A stretch of 24,000 nt of DNA, from the NCBI GenBank assembly GCA_023390335.1, contig JAEWCZ010000073.1:55094-79093 (forward strand), read 5' to 3'. The number at the start of each line of letters is the position of its first letter. Position 1 is the stretch's first letter. Source of the DNA: Bacillota bacterium. Its GTDB lineage: Bacteria > Bacillota > Clostridia > Acetivibrionales > DSM-1351. A program made the translations under genes and the position numbers. Positions 15,032 through 23,300 of the stretch are shown here, piece by piece. The notes beneath the pieces are model-generated. The model saw only the letters and a list, made by a program, of their open reading frames with translations, made no database searches and had not been told where the DNA came from.

Positions 15032-16801
15032 TCAATAATTAAGCAGTATTTGTATAATTCTCTTAATATTCTGTAAGGTTAAGTTATATTTTCTCCACCG
15101 ATTTCTTAACATATTAAAAGTAGTTTCATCAAGTTCTCCAGTACTAGCTCGATCCACTTCAATCATTATGTCAGAAATTATAAAGAGATACTGATCTATT
15201 GGTATATTTTCTGGTAAAACATTTGCAAAACTCCTGAGCTTATTAGCAGTAATCATTACTTGTTTTCTTGCAGGTATAGATTTTTTTTGAATACCTTCAT
15301 TAAGGACCTGTGGTGTTTTTCTATAAACGGCTTCTCTATTTGTAAGTACGTCCTTGCTTTCATCCAAATTATTGTTTACGGATTGTCTGTTCTTATATCC
15401 TGTCATTTTTTCAGTAATATCGTTTTCAGGTACCATAACCATCTGAGATGTTACCTTCTCACAAGTTTTTATAAAAATTGTCTGTCCTTCTTCCGATCTG
15501 AGTTTTATTGTATAAACTGAAATCCCTTTTGCTATAGGTTTGTTAAGTCTCTTCTCTATTACTGTCAACAAATTAAAAGGATGAGTAATAATTCTATCTC
15601 CCACTTTGGCATCTTTTAGTTTACTTTTAAAGCCTGAATTTGAAATGTCAAACGGTATTAATTGAGTAAACGAATATACCTCTTTACTAGGGTCTACAGG
15701 TGAATACTGTACCAATTTCTTTATAAATTGATAGTCTTGAACATCAAACCATTTCGCTGACAGCCATTCAGTTCCATGGAGCATACCAAGTAGACCACCA
15801 ACCATAGATGCTAGGGTATCTGTGTCGGCATTGTTCAAATTAGCTGCTTCTACCAATCCAATGTATGGATTGGAAGCATATTTTGATGCTAAATATATTG
15901 AAGCTACTGCAGTCACTGTTCCAGAGCCATTTACTTTTGGGTCGAAGCATCCAAGCTTCACCAAAACATCATTTCCCATATCCAGTGCTCCTTGATTAAG
16001 GCCATTCTTTGCTATACTTAGTAAATTTATAGCTTCAGTTACAACACCGTCCCATAAATCTATATATTGCGATCCTATTACCACATCGGCATTTTCTATC
16101 CAATCCTCAAGTTTTTGAATTCTCGGAAATTGTGCCCATTTTTCATGATTCTCTATCAACATATTTACAAGCTCGCCATAACCTAATATTCCTTTATAAA
16201 CCGAAAGACATACCAAGGCATAGGCATATAAAGTTGCACCAAGCAATGCTCTTGGATGCCCATGTGTATATATACCGTTCAAGACAACTTGATGCATAAT
16301 CTCTTCAACCATATCTTCATTTCTAAATACATGAGGGAGTATCCTCATTGCTACTCCGTTACCTCCTGCATCGAAATATTTCCTGACGTCACTTATATTC
16401 TCAGTTTCTAATTTCCAAGGCTTTCTACCTCTTTTCCAAACCTCTGCTGCTCTCTTGGTAGCTCCTCCACCACCTCTTTCATATGAAAGCCAAGCTGGAA
16501 TTTCGTATTTTGTAAAATAACGATTCCAATTAGCCCCATAACGCAAACTTCTTGCAGTCGCAATTATCAATTGAGTATCATCACTATACTCTCCAGGATT
16601 AATTTCTTCTTCATGGTTCCAAAATTTACCACCACATCGTCTTTTCCAACTTTGAAAAAGCTCCACATTTGTAGGTTTAGAATTGCCTATCTTCTTACTA
16701 TTTTGTTCATTTGGCCAGCCCAAAGCATCTCCGACAGCCACACCTAAAAGAGCCCCCTGATATTTCTCAATTCTAAGATTGTCCACTTTGCACTCCAGCA
16801 T
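15032..16801 (-). CDS. ADP-ribosylglycohydrolase (ARH/DraG fold) with ~220-aa C-terminal extension of unknown function; candidate antitoxin
   Basis: N-terminal ARH signature YQGALLGVAVGDALGWPNE and C-terminal ARH signature NNADTDTLASMVGGLLGMLHG. The preferred start is ATG 16801 (MLECKV), with SD GGAGGTG 4-5 nt upstream. The track start at 16843 lacks an SD. Confidence 0.85.
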   Translation of the reverse strand: MLECKVDNLRIEKYQGALLGVAVGDALGWPNEQNSKKIGNSKPTNVELFQSWKRRCGGKFWNHEEEINPGEYSDDTQLIIATARSLRYGANWNRYFTKYEIPAWLSYERGGGGATKRAAEVWKRGRKPWKLETENISDVRKYFDAGGNGVAMRILPHVFRNEDMVEEIMHQVVLNGIYTHGHPRALLGATLYAYALVCLSVYKGILGYGELVNMLIENHEKWAQFPRIQKLEDWIENADVVIGSQYIDLWDGVVTEAINLLSIAKNGLNQGALDMGNDVLVKLGCFDPKVNGSGTVTAVASIYLASKYASNPYIGLVEAANLNNADTDTLASMVGGLLGMLHGTEWLSAKWFDVQDYQFIKKLVQYSPVDPSKEVYSFTQLIPFDISNSGFKSKLKDAKVGDRIITHPFNLLTVIEKRLNKPIAKGISVYTIKLRSEEGQTIFIKTCEKVTSQMVMVPENDITEKMTGYKNRQSVNNNLDESKDVLTNREAVYRKTPQVLNEGIQKKSIPARKQVMITANKLRSFANVLPENIPIDQYLFIISDIMIEVDRASTGELDETTFNMLRNRWRKYNLTLQNIKRIIQILLNY

Positions 16802-17495
16802 TACACACCTCCATAAACTTATCTTCCTGAGGAATGATTCCATTTCTTATTTTTTCACTACAAGAACTACTAAACAAATCTGGTGCAATAATTATATCAA
16901 TTTCCGGAATGTTTTTTAAGCAAGACCACCTAGTTTTCTCTCTGTGCGCTTGTTCTTTGGTCTCAACTGCCACTCCAATAATATCTTTTCTAGAAATATT
17001 CTTATAGACTAACACTTCTGCCTGATCATCTGTAGGGCAACAGGGTAACATTTTTTCCGTTCTTGTACGTGGCCATTTTCCATTCACGCTATGTGCAAAC
17101 ATTCCTTTAAAGGCCTCGGCTCCTTTTTCTATATATGCTCCACTTCTAAACGCAGCATTCGTAAAACAGAACTCCGTACTATCGAGCAATATTATTTCCG
17201 GTTTTATAAACAATACAACCCAATCTTTAAAAAGTGGTTCCTTATCTTTTACATTTTTAAAGTACCAATAATTAGGATACTGAACAGAACAGTTTATATA
17301 TTCCCTTTTTCCATCCAATCGTAACTTATCATTGGCATCATATATACTTTCATCTAAAAAGTCAACTGCTATAACTCCAGATTCACTACCTAATATATGT
17401 AAAGCTTTACTAGACCTTGTAAAATGGCACAGTCTTATAATACCTCTATCTTTTATTTCTTGTTCAATCATATCCCAAAATTTATCCTTCTTCAA
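16773..17495 (-). CDS. DarT-like ADP-ribosyltransferase (DUF4433-type); candidate toxin/effector
   Basis: 240-aa ORF. It carries the motif triad recalled from DarT: LCHFT (His, compare IYHITH), QYPNYWYF (Tyr, compare VPFYF) and DDQAEVLVYKNISRKDIIGV (catalytic Glu, compare KQAEFLVY...EEIGV). The TTG start at 17495 overlaps the helicase stop (TTGA). An alternative ATG lies at 17471. Confidence 0.65.
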   Translation of the reverse strand: MKKDKFWDMIEQEIKDRGIIRLCHFTRSSKALHILGSESGVIAVDFLDESIYDANDKLRLDGKREYINCSVQYPNYWYFKNVKDKEPLFKDWVVLFIKPEIILLDSTEFCFTNAAFRSGAYIEKGAEAFKGMFAHSVNGKWPRTRTEKMLPCCPTDDQAEVLVYKNISRKDIIGVAVETKEQAHREKTRWSCLKNIPEIDIIIAPDLFSSSCSEKIRNGIIPQEDKFMEVCNAGVQSGQS

Positions 17496-18907
17496 ATTAT
17501 TTTTGTTTTATGGTAAAGCGTTTCATCTTCAGGAATCAACTCAGTTGGTTCACCCGCATACGTTAATATCAAAGTACGTTTTGCCCTTGTAACAGCAACA
17601 TATACAAGTTTAACTTCCTCACTCATGGCTTCATCTCTATCCTCTAAAGCTAATATTTTTTCTTTATCTGGAAGCCTTTCGGAATTGAAGTATGGTAATA
17701 TTACCGCGTAAAACTCAAGTCCTTTCGCCGAATGGTAAGTACCTACAGATATTCCTGGTGAACTATCCCACCGGCTCATTTCTCCATTAAGCTCTTGACA
17801 TTTCAAGCCTTTTCTTAGGAGCTTTAACTTAATATCATTGACTGCTCCCCTATCTCTGACAAGAATTGCAACTGTTTGTGTTTTTGATATTGTTTCAGCG
17901 TTATTTATGATCCAATTAGTTTCTTTTGTTGCATCATCAAATTCAGCCAATACTGGAAGTGGAGCTGATGCAGTAGGTGATTTAGGTGTGACAAGATCAA
18001 CATTACTTTTAAAACAAGGGAGTTTAGAAATAGCAATTGCGAGTTCAGCAATTTCCTTACTATTTCTAAAATTCTGATCAAATTTCCAAATTTCATCTTT
18101 AGTAACATTGATACCTGCGTCCCTCCATGAAATCCTTCCTCCATATATCTGCTGTGCAACATCCCCAAAGAAAGTAAGACTTCCATCCTCAGGAATAGCT
18201 AAAACCAAAGATTGCAGCATAATCGGAGATAAATCCTGCCCCTCATCAATGATTATATGTTTATACATTCTATTAGTTTTATCTTTTCTAAATTCTTCCT
18301 TTGCAAAACGTGCTATATCATCCCAATCATATTTAAAACCCTTCTGTGCTCTAATTTCAAGATATCTTTCGTATACTCTAAAAAAGTATTCTCGCCTGTC
18401 TCTGGTAATTCTAGTTCCTGCCCTACCTATTCTTTCAGCGCCTATGTAATCTTGAAGCACAGTTATACCCATCTTCTCAATCCAGTTAATTTCTTCATTA
18501 AATACTTCAGGAGCCCTAGATAAAGTTGAGTTTTTCCCTATTTCCAAAATAACCTCAGCCATAGCCTCCTTAATTATGGATAGTTTTAAATCGGTGTCAA
18601 CAATATCATTCCATCCTATCATATCTCTATATGATAAATATCCTCGTGCAAATTTATGATAATTTTGAACAACAACCTTTTGTAGTGTCTTATCAGAAAT
18701 CGAATTCAAATATGTAACAAGAGATTTGTTGAAAGTTACTAACAAAACCTTTTGGTCACCTAAAGTATTTAACTTGGCTAAATAGGATGCCCTATGAATT
18801 GCAAGTGTAGTTTTTCCGCTTCCAGCTGTTCCAAGGACTATATAATGCCCTTTTTCAGGTAAGCATAATACTTCTTTCTGTTTTCCTTCCGGGGTAGGTA
18901 ATGACAT
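17492..18907 (-). CDS. SF1 UvrD/Rep-like helicase (short form, ~470 aa)
   Basis: Walker A GTAGSGKTT, motif II IIIDEGQDL, motif III FFGDVAQQIY, motif VI YVAVTRAKRTLIL. The preferred start is ATG 18907 (MSLPTP), with SD GGAAGGAGAGG. The track start at 18925 is a TTG inside that SD. Confidence 0.85.
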   Translation of the reverse strand: MSLPTPEGKQKEVLCLPEKGHYIVLGTAGSGKTTLAIHRASYLAKLNTLGDQKVLLVTFNKSLVTYLNSISDKTLQKVVVQNYHKFARGYLSYRDMIGWNDIVDTDLKLSIIKEAMAEVILEIGKNSTLSRAPEVFNEEINWIEKMGITVLQDYIGAERIGRAGTRITRDRREYFFRVYERYLEIRAQKGFKYDWDDIARFAKEEFRKDKTNRMYKHIIIDEGQDLSPIMLQSLVLAIPEDGSLTFFGDVAQQIYGGRISWRDAGINVTKDEIWKFDQNFRNSKEIAELAIAISKLPCFKSNVDLVTPKSPTASAPLPVLAEFDDATKETNWIINNAETISKTQTVAILVRDRGAVNDIKLKLLRKGLKCQELNGEMSRWDSSPGISVGTYHSAKGLEFYAVILPYFNSERLPDKEKILALEDRDEAMSEEVKLVYVAVTRAKRTLILTYAGEPTELIPEDETLYHKTKII

Positions 18908-18972
18908 TAAAACCTCTCCTTCCAAAATACACCACTAATTTTAGTTTAAATTGTAAAAATTTCTCATATACT

Positions 18973-18978
18973 ATTATA
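18973..18978 (-). promoter_or_regulatory. Possible -10 box (TATAAT) for the helicase/DarT-like/ARH operon
   Basis: The minus strand reads aaatgTATAATagt about 65 nt upstream of the ATG at 18907. There is no clear -35. Confidence 0.25.
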
Positions 18979-19769
18979 CATTTAAATATTACACAAGTAT
19001 ACATTAGTGGGATATTTTGGTTTACTAATATACCTGATTTTTTTACATATTTATGAAATTACATAATTAATAGGTATTTGGGGAGAGAATTATACGTGCC
19101 CTGCTATGAATGAAAATATTAGTTCAAAAACGACATACATTTTTATTGAGATGCGAAGAGTGTAAGATGTAAGTATAAATGAACCTGCAAGCAGGATTTT
19201 AAGTAAAAACACAAAATTTGACCTATGCAAAAAGGACCCTTAGGTCTTAAGATTTATAGCTAAATCTCAATTTGACCCGAAAGTCCTCTCAATGATAGTC
19301 TTCACTATTCTCTTTGTATATCCATAAATTTAAAATTACTAATAGCTTTATTGGCATAATCCTTATTTACTACTTCACATATCCACATGTTCATTTCCTT
19401 TTATGTACCTAAAATTATACTGTGATTAGAAGTATCATCTGCCAACATCCCAAACACCTTATGTCCCAATGCAAGTACAAAAATTCAGATGTTATCTATG
19501 AATTCATCCATTAAATAACTTTCCCTTCTGAGATTGAAGACTTCCTTAGTGGCTTGGAGTTCATTGATAAATACTTATTTACCTCAATAGCTACTTGGCA
19601 GAGAGCTTTCTCGCTAAGTTCAGACCTCGTAGCCTCGTCTTCACTAAGCTTTCAATGCCTCTATCAACGCAACCGCCTCAGCAGTAGCCCGTTTCCATTC
19701 AGCCTTCGACCTTGTCTCGGCTTCTTGGACGTGCTTTGCATGGGTGGTACATCAGCTTCTTCAGTCGTT

Positions 19770-21146
19770 TCACTTCTTCACAAGCTGTGTTACCGCCTCA
19801 ACATGCCCCGTCCACGGAAACATATCCACCGGTTGCACTTCCTTCACCTCAAACCCATGCTCCGTCAGGTACTTCAAATCCCTTGCCAGCGTGGACGGGT
19901 TACAGCTTACGTAAACAATCCGCTTTGGCTGCATTTCCACCAAAGTATTGAGCAACAACTGATCACAGCCTTTTCTTGGCGGGTCAACCACCACCACATC
20001 CGCCGTTACGCCCTGTTTATACAACTCAGGGATAACCTTCTCTGCCTCTCCCACCAAGAATTCCACATTTGAGACACCATTTAGTTCGGCATTTCTTTTA
20101 GCATCCCTGATAGCATCAGCAACAACCTCTACCCCTACAACACGCTTTGCCTTTTGCGAAAGAAAAAGCGAAATAGTTCCTATACCGCAGTAAAGGTCAA
20201 AAACAGTTTCATTCCCGGAAAGACCTGCATATTCCAAAGCCTTTTCATACAACACTTCCGTTTGAATCGGGTTAACCTGAAAGAAAGACAAAGGAGAAAT
20301 CTCAAATTTGAAGCTTCCAATATAGTCAGTTATGTACTTCTGCCCGTAAATACATATATTTTTATCCCCAAGAATAATATTTGTGTTTCTGATATTTACA
20401 TTTAAAATAATACTCTTAATATCAGGAAATCCTTCAAGCAGCTTATTAACCAGCTCATCGGATTTTATCAGCTTATCGCCGTTAATAACCAGAACCACCA
20501 TAAGTTCACCGGTCTTAAAACCCTTTCTCACCATTACATGGCGAAGAAGTCCCTTGCCGGTTTTCTCATTATAAATGGCTATACCCGCAGCCTTGCAAAA
20601 ATTTCTTACAACGTCTCTTATTTCATTGCTCTCATCAGGTTGTATTTCGCACAAATTGCTGTCAATAATATTGTGAGACCTTGTCTCATAGAAGCCAATA
20701 CTGATTTCACCATTGTTAGAACCCACCGGGTATTGAACCTTGTTCCTGTACTTATATGGATTTTCCATTCCAATTGTGGCATTTACTGTAACATCTTGAA
20801 GGCCACCAATTCTTCTGATATTTTGAAGAACCGTATCCTTTTTAAAATCCAGTTGTGCCTGATAGGTCATGTGTTGAACTGCACAACCACCGCATTTATC
20901 ATAGACGGGACAAAAAGGTTTTACTCTGTCCTCTGAAGATTTGTTTACTTTAACAAGCTGTCCCACCGCATAGCTCTTGGTTTGTTTTACTATTTTAATA
21001 TCAACATTTTCTCCGGGAAGAACCCCGTCAACAAAAACCACAAAGCCCTCAATTTTGCCTACACCCTGTCCTTCATGAGTTAAACCCGTTATATCAATTT
21101 TAAATGTTTTTTTCTGAGATAATGTCTTTTGAGAAGGCTGTTTCAT
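19770..21146 (-). CDS. rlmD: 23S rRNA (uracil-C5)-methyltransferase, RumA/RlmD family (TRAM + 4Fe-4S + MTase)
   Basis: 458 aa. N-terminal TRAM-like domain. Cys cluster CPVYDKCGGCAVQH. SAM motif DLYCGIGTISL. DPPRKG. C-terminal DMFPWTGHVEAV. Confidence 0.9.
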   Translation of the reverse strand: MKQPSQKTLSQKKTFKIDITGLTHEGQGVGKIEGFVVFVDGVLPGENVDIKIVKQTKSYAVGQLVKVNKSSEDRVKPFCPVYDKCGGCAVQHMTYQAQLDFKKDTVLQNIRRIGGLQDVTVNATIGMENPYKYRNKVQYPVGSNNGEISIGFYETRSHNIIDSNLCEIQPDESNEIRDVVRNFCKAAGIAIYNEKTGKGLLRHVMVRKGFKTGELMVVLVINGDKLIKSDELVNKLLEGFPDIKSIILNVNIRNTNIILGDKNICIYGQKYITDYIGSFKFEISPLSFFQVNPIQTEVLYEKALEYAGLSGNETVFDLYCGIGTISLFLSQKAKRVVGVEVVADAIRDAKRNAELNGVSNVEFLVGEAEKVIPELYKQGVTADVVVVDPPRKGCDQLLLNTLVEMQPKRIVYVSCNPSTLARDLKYLTEHGFEVKEVQPVDMFPWTGHVEAVTQLVKK

Positions 21147-21325
21147 TGGTCAACCACCGTTTCCTTAATTTATAACCAATATAATACCATATTTAGAGGA
21201 ATTGATAAACATGGGTAGAACCCACAATCAAAACAAAATCTTTGGCATGGCAATCCAAAGTCACATTAGCCACGCCAAAGTTTCATATAATTTTGTCTAT
21301 CTTGCAATTGTGAATAAACTCGTTT

Positions 21326-21532
21326 TTACTGTCTTTTGTAATCCAACAGGATATCACGAAGCTTACTGGCATGCATTCCTTCGTCCTCTGCAAAATCTTT
21401 GAACACCTGCTTAATCTTTTCATCTTCAATCCTTTTTGAGTACATTTCGTAGTCCCTTACCAACTCCTTGGAATTTTCCCATGCTCTTAAAAGCCTGTCG
21501 TACGTGGTAAGTTCAATCTCATTTTCGTTCAT
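21326..21532 (-). CDS. Small helical protein, ferritin/rubrerythrin-like ExxH motif (68 aa)
   Basis: ORF with FAEDEGMHASKL (ExxH). The functional call is weak. Confidence 0.4.
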   Translation of the reverse strand: MNENEIELTTYDRLLRAWENSKELVRDYEMYSKRIEDEKIKQVFKDFAEDEGMHASKLRDILLDYKRQ

Positions 21533-21544
21533 AGAATCCCTCCG

Positions 21545-22099
21545 TTACCCAATAGAATCCAAAAGTTCTTTTAAATCAGCAAAGCACTTACATTGTTCGG
21601 CAAAAGGAACTGTATTCAGCCCACTTGTACTGTAGCAAACAAAATCCAAGGTAGCTTCCAGTATATTTGCAGCTTGAAGGCCTGGCTTAACATTAATTCC
21701 TGATGCAGGCACCTTCAAAATGCTTGAGGCATATGCACGGTACACTCCAATTCCCACATAACAAGCAATTCGAGGTTTAAAGGTATCCAAAAGCCTGTAA
21801 AGGTTTGCAGAACCTTCAATAACTTCATCGGTGCCAATTTCATTAGCGGCTTTAGTCTGCCTGTCAACAATATTTGTGGAGCCATATCCCAGTTCAAGTA
21901 TTTTCCTGTCATCCTCCGGCTCAAATCTGACAGGTGTTAGACCTGATTCATACAAAAATCTCCAGAACCTGTTGCTTTTATGTGAATAATGGTGCCTGTT
22001 TTTGGCAGAAAGCAAACCCGGATTATACCCAATAAAAACAACTTTAAGTCCCGGCGCAAGGATGTCCGGCAGCGGCTTTTCATTATAAAAATTATCCAT
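21545..22099 (-). CDS. mug: G/U mismatch-specific DNA glycosylase (family 2 UDG, Mug)
   Basis: DILAPGLKVVFIGYNPGLLSA...SNRFWRFLYESGL closely parallels E. coli Mug ([21 protein letters not shown]...ANRFWKVIYQAGF). A later STSGLN matches the PNPSGL-type motif. Confidence 0.85.
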   Translation of the reverse strand: MDNFYNEKPLPDILAPGLKVVFIGYNPGLLSAKNRHHYSHKSNRFWRFLYESGLTPVRFEPEDDRKILELGYGSTNIVDRQTKAANEIGTDEVIEGSANLYRLLDTFKPRIACYVGIGVYRAYASSILKVPASGINVKPGLQAANILEATLDFVCYSTSGLNTVPFAEQCKCFADLKELLDSIG

Positions 22100-22249
22100 A
22101 GTATTCCTCCAAAAGGTAAAAACTACGGAGTGCTTTTCTTTATATTTAGCATTTTGTAGTTTTTTTATGTAAATATTGATAGAATAAAACTTTTTATCAG
22201 GGTAAATCTATAAAATTGTAAACAAACTTTATATTGGAGGTCATTTTAA

Positions 22250-22792
22250 TTGGCATTAATTATAGTTTCTCTAATAGTTTCAGTAATTATTGCAATATTG
22301 GCAATTTTAATTATATTACTGTTTGTTGTACCGTTAAAGACTGATTTTGTATTAGATACAGATAATTCAATAGTACAAGCAACCGCTTTATGGCTTCACC
22401 CATTCCTAATGGCGCGGGTTACATTAGAAAACAACAACCCGGTTTTAAATCTCCATGTTTTTGGGAAGCATTTATTGAAAAAGACAATAAAGAAAAAAGC
22501 GGGTAAAGGTCACAGTATGGACTATTTAAAAGCTATAAACCCTGAGGACTTACAGATCAGCACTCATTACGGTTTTTGTAATCCCTTTAATACTGGTATT
22601 ACTTGCGGAGCTATAAACATGGTTTCGCAATTAATAAATATAAGTACTTTTGAAAACGAGCCGGACTTTGTTTCAGATAAAGATTATGTATATTTGAACG
22701 CTTCTGCCAAAATATACATTGGTCCGGCTATAATGAAAATATTAAAAATACGACGACTTTACAGGAGGGACTTACAATGGATACAAACATGA
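22250..22792 (+). CDS. ytfI: DUF2953/YtfI-like sporulation membrane protein
   Basis: TTG start with SD GGAGGT 8 nt upstream. N-terminal TM helix. Positioned immediately upstream of, and overlapping, a GerW/YtfJ homologue, as in Bacillus ytfIJ. Confidence 0.5.
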   Translation: MALIIVSLIVSVIIAILAILIILLFVVPLKTDFVLDTDNSIVQATALWLHPFLMARVTLENNNPVLNLHVFGKHLLKKTIKKKAGKGHSMDYLKAINPEDLQISTHYGFCNPFNTGITCGAINMVSQLINISTFENEPDFVSDKDYVYLNASAKIYIGPAIMKILKIRRLYRRDLQWIQT

Positions 22793-23226
22793 ATCAGAAT
22801 GTAACCTCGCTATTTTCAAACCTTGAAGACTTTACTCAGAACGAAGGCTTAATAGGAAAGCCGGTTACACATGGGGATAAAACCTTTATTCCTGTAGTCT
22901 CAGTAACTCTTGGCTATGGAACAGGTAATACAGCAAGCAAAAACCATGGCACAAGTACAAAAGAACAAGCAGGAGGCACTACTTCCGGTATGGCTAATAA
23001 TATGGCCGGAGGAGCTTTAGGACTTGGAGCAAAACTTTGTACTGATGCAATTATAATCGTGGACAAGGACAATGTTTCAATGCTGCAGGTCGGCCCCACT
23101 GCTACAAGCCAGTTTATGGACAAAATACCTCAGATAATCTCTGGTATGGGTTCTATGGGAAAGCAACAGCAACAGGGTCAACAACAACAGGGACAGCAAT
23201 CCCAAGGCAGTCAGAGTCAGCAATAA
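22777..23226 (+). CDS. ytfJ: GerW/YtfJ-family sporulation protein with Gln-rich C-terminal tail
   Basis: LIGKPVTHGDKTFIPVVSVTLGYGTG...DAIIIVDKDNVSMLQV matches the GerW/YtfJ pattern. SD GGAGGG upstream. Confidence 0.75.
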   Translation: MDTNMNQNVTSLFSNLEDFTQNEGLIGKPVTHGDKTFIPVVSVTLGYGTGNTASKNHGTSTKEQAGGTTSGMANNMAGGALGLGAKLCTDAIIIVDKDNVSMLQVGPTATSQFMDKIPQIISGMGSMGKQQQQGQQQQGQQSQGSQSQQ

Positions 23227-23300
23227 TTTAAGACCATTATTTTACTGAATATGTACTGAATAAACGTGTAACACTATTATAGCAAGTAATATCTTTTAAC

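Noticed and set aside
15260-15520. Plus-strand ORF, 86 aa
   Set aside because: It is antisense to the C-terminal extension of the ARH gene. It is rich in Phe/Ile/Cys, typical of antisense reading of AT-rich DNA, and has no SD.
16802-16843. Track start of the ARH ORF (MESFLRKISLWRCV)
   Set aside because: This start has no SD, whereas the ATG at 16801 has GGAGGTG at the correct spacing. The ARH domain begins right after the internal Met.
17091-18523. ORFs 17091..17324 (+), 17332..17592 (+), 17838..18077 (+), 17905..18186 (-), 18108..18449 (+) and 18257..18523 (+)
   Set aside because: They are antisense to, or out of frame within, the DarT-like and helicase genes, and have no motifs.
18908-18925. 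Track start (TTG, MEGEVL) of the helicase
   Set aside because: These codons are themselves the SD (GGAAGGAGAGG) for the ATG at 18907.
19554-20072. Plus-strand ORFs 19554..20072 and 19712..19951
   Set aside because: They are largely antisense to rlmD. They are Ser/Leu/Pro/Arg-rich and have no SD. The part outside rlmD is covered as an ORF-less GC-rich patch in the findings.
20154-20936. Plus-strand ORFs 20154..20405, 20383..20574 and 20538..20936
   Set aside because: They are antisense to the well-supported rlmD gene.
21202-21402. Plus-strand ORF, 66 aa
   Set aside because: It overlaps the convergent 68-aa ExxH protein and has neither an SD nor motifs. It was kept out as the less likely alternative.
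21715-21924. Minus-strand ORF, 69 aa
   Set aside because: It is an alternative frame inside mug, whose frame matches E. coli Mug motifs.
22914-23123. Minus-strand ORF, 69 aa
   Set aside because: It is antisense to the GerW/YtfJ homologue.
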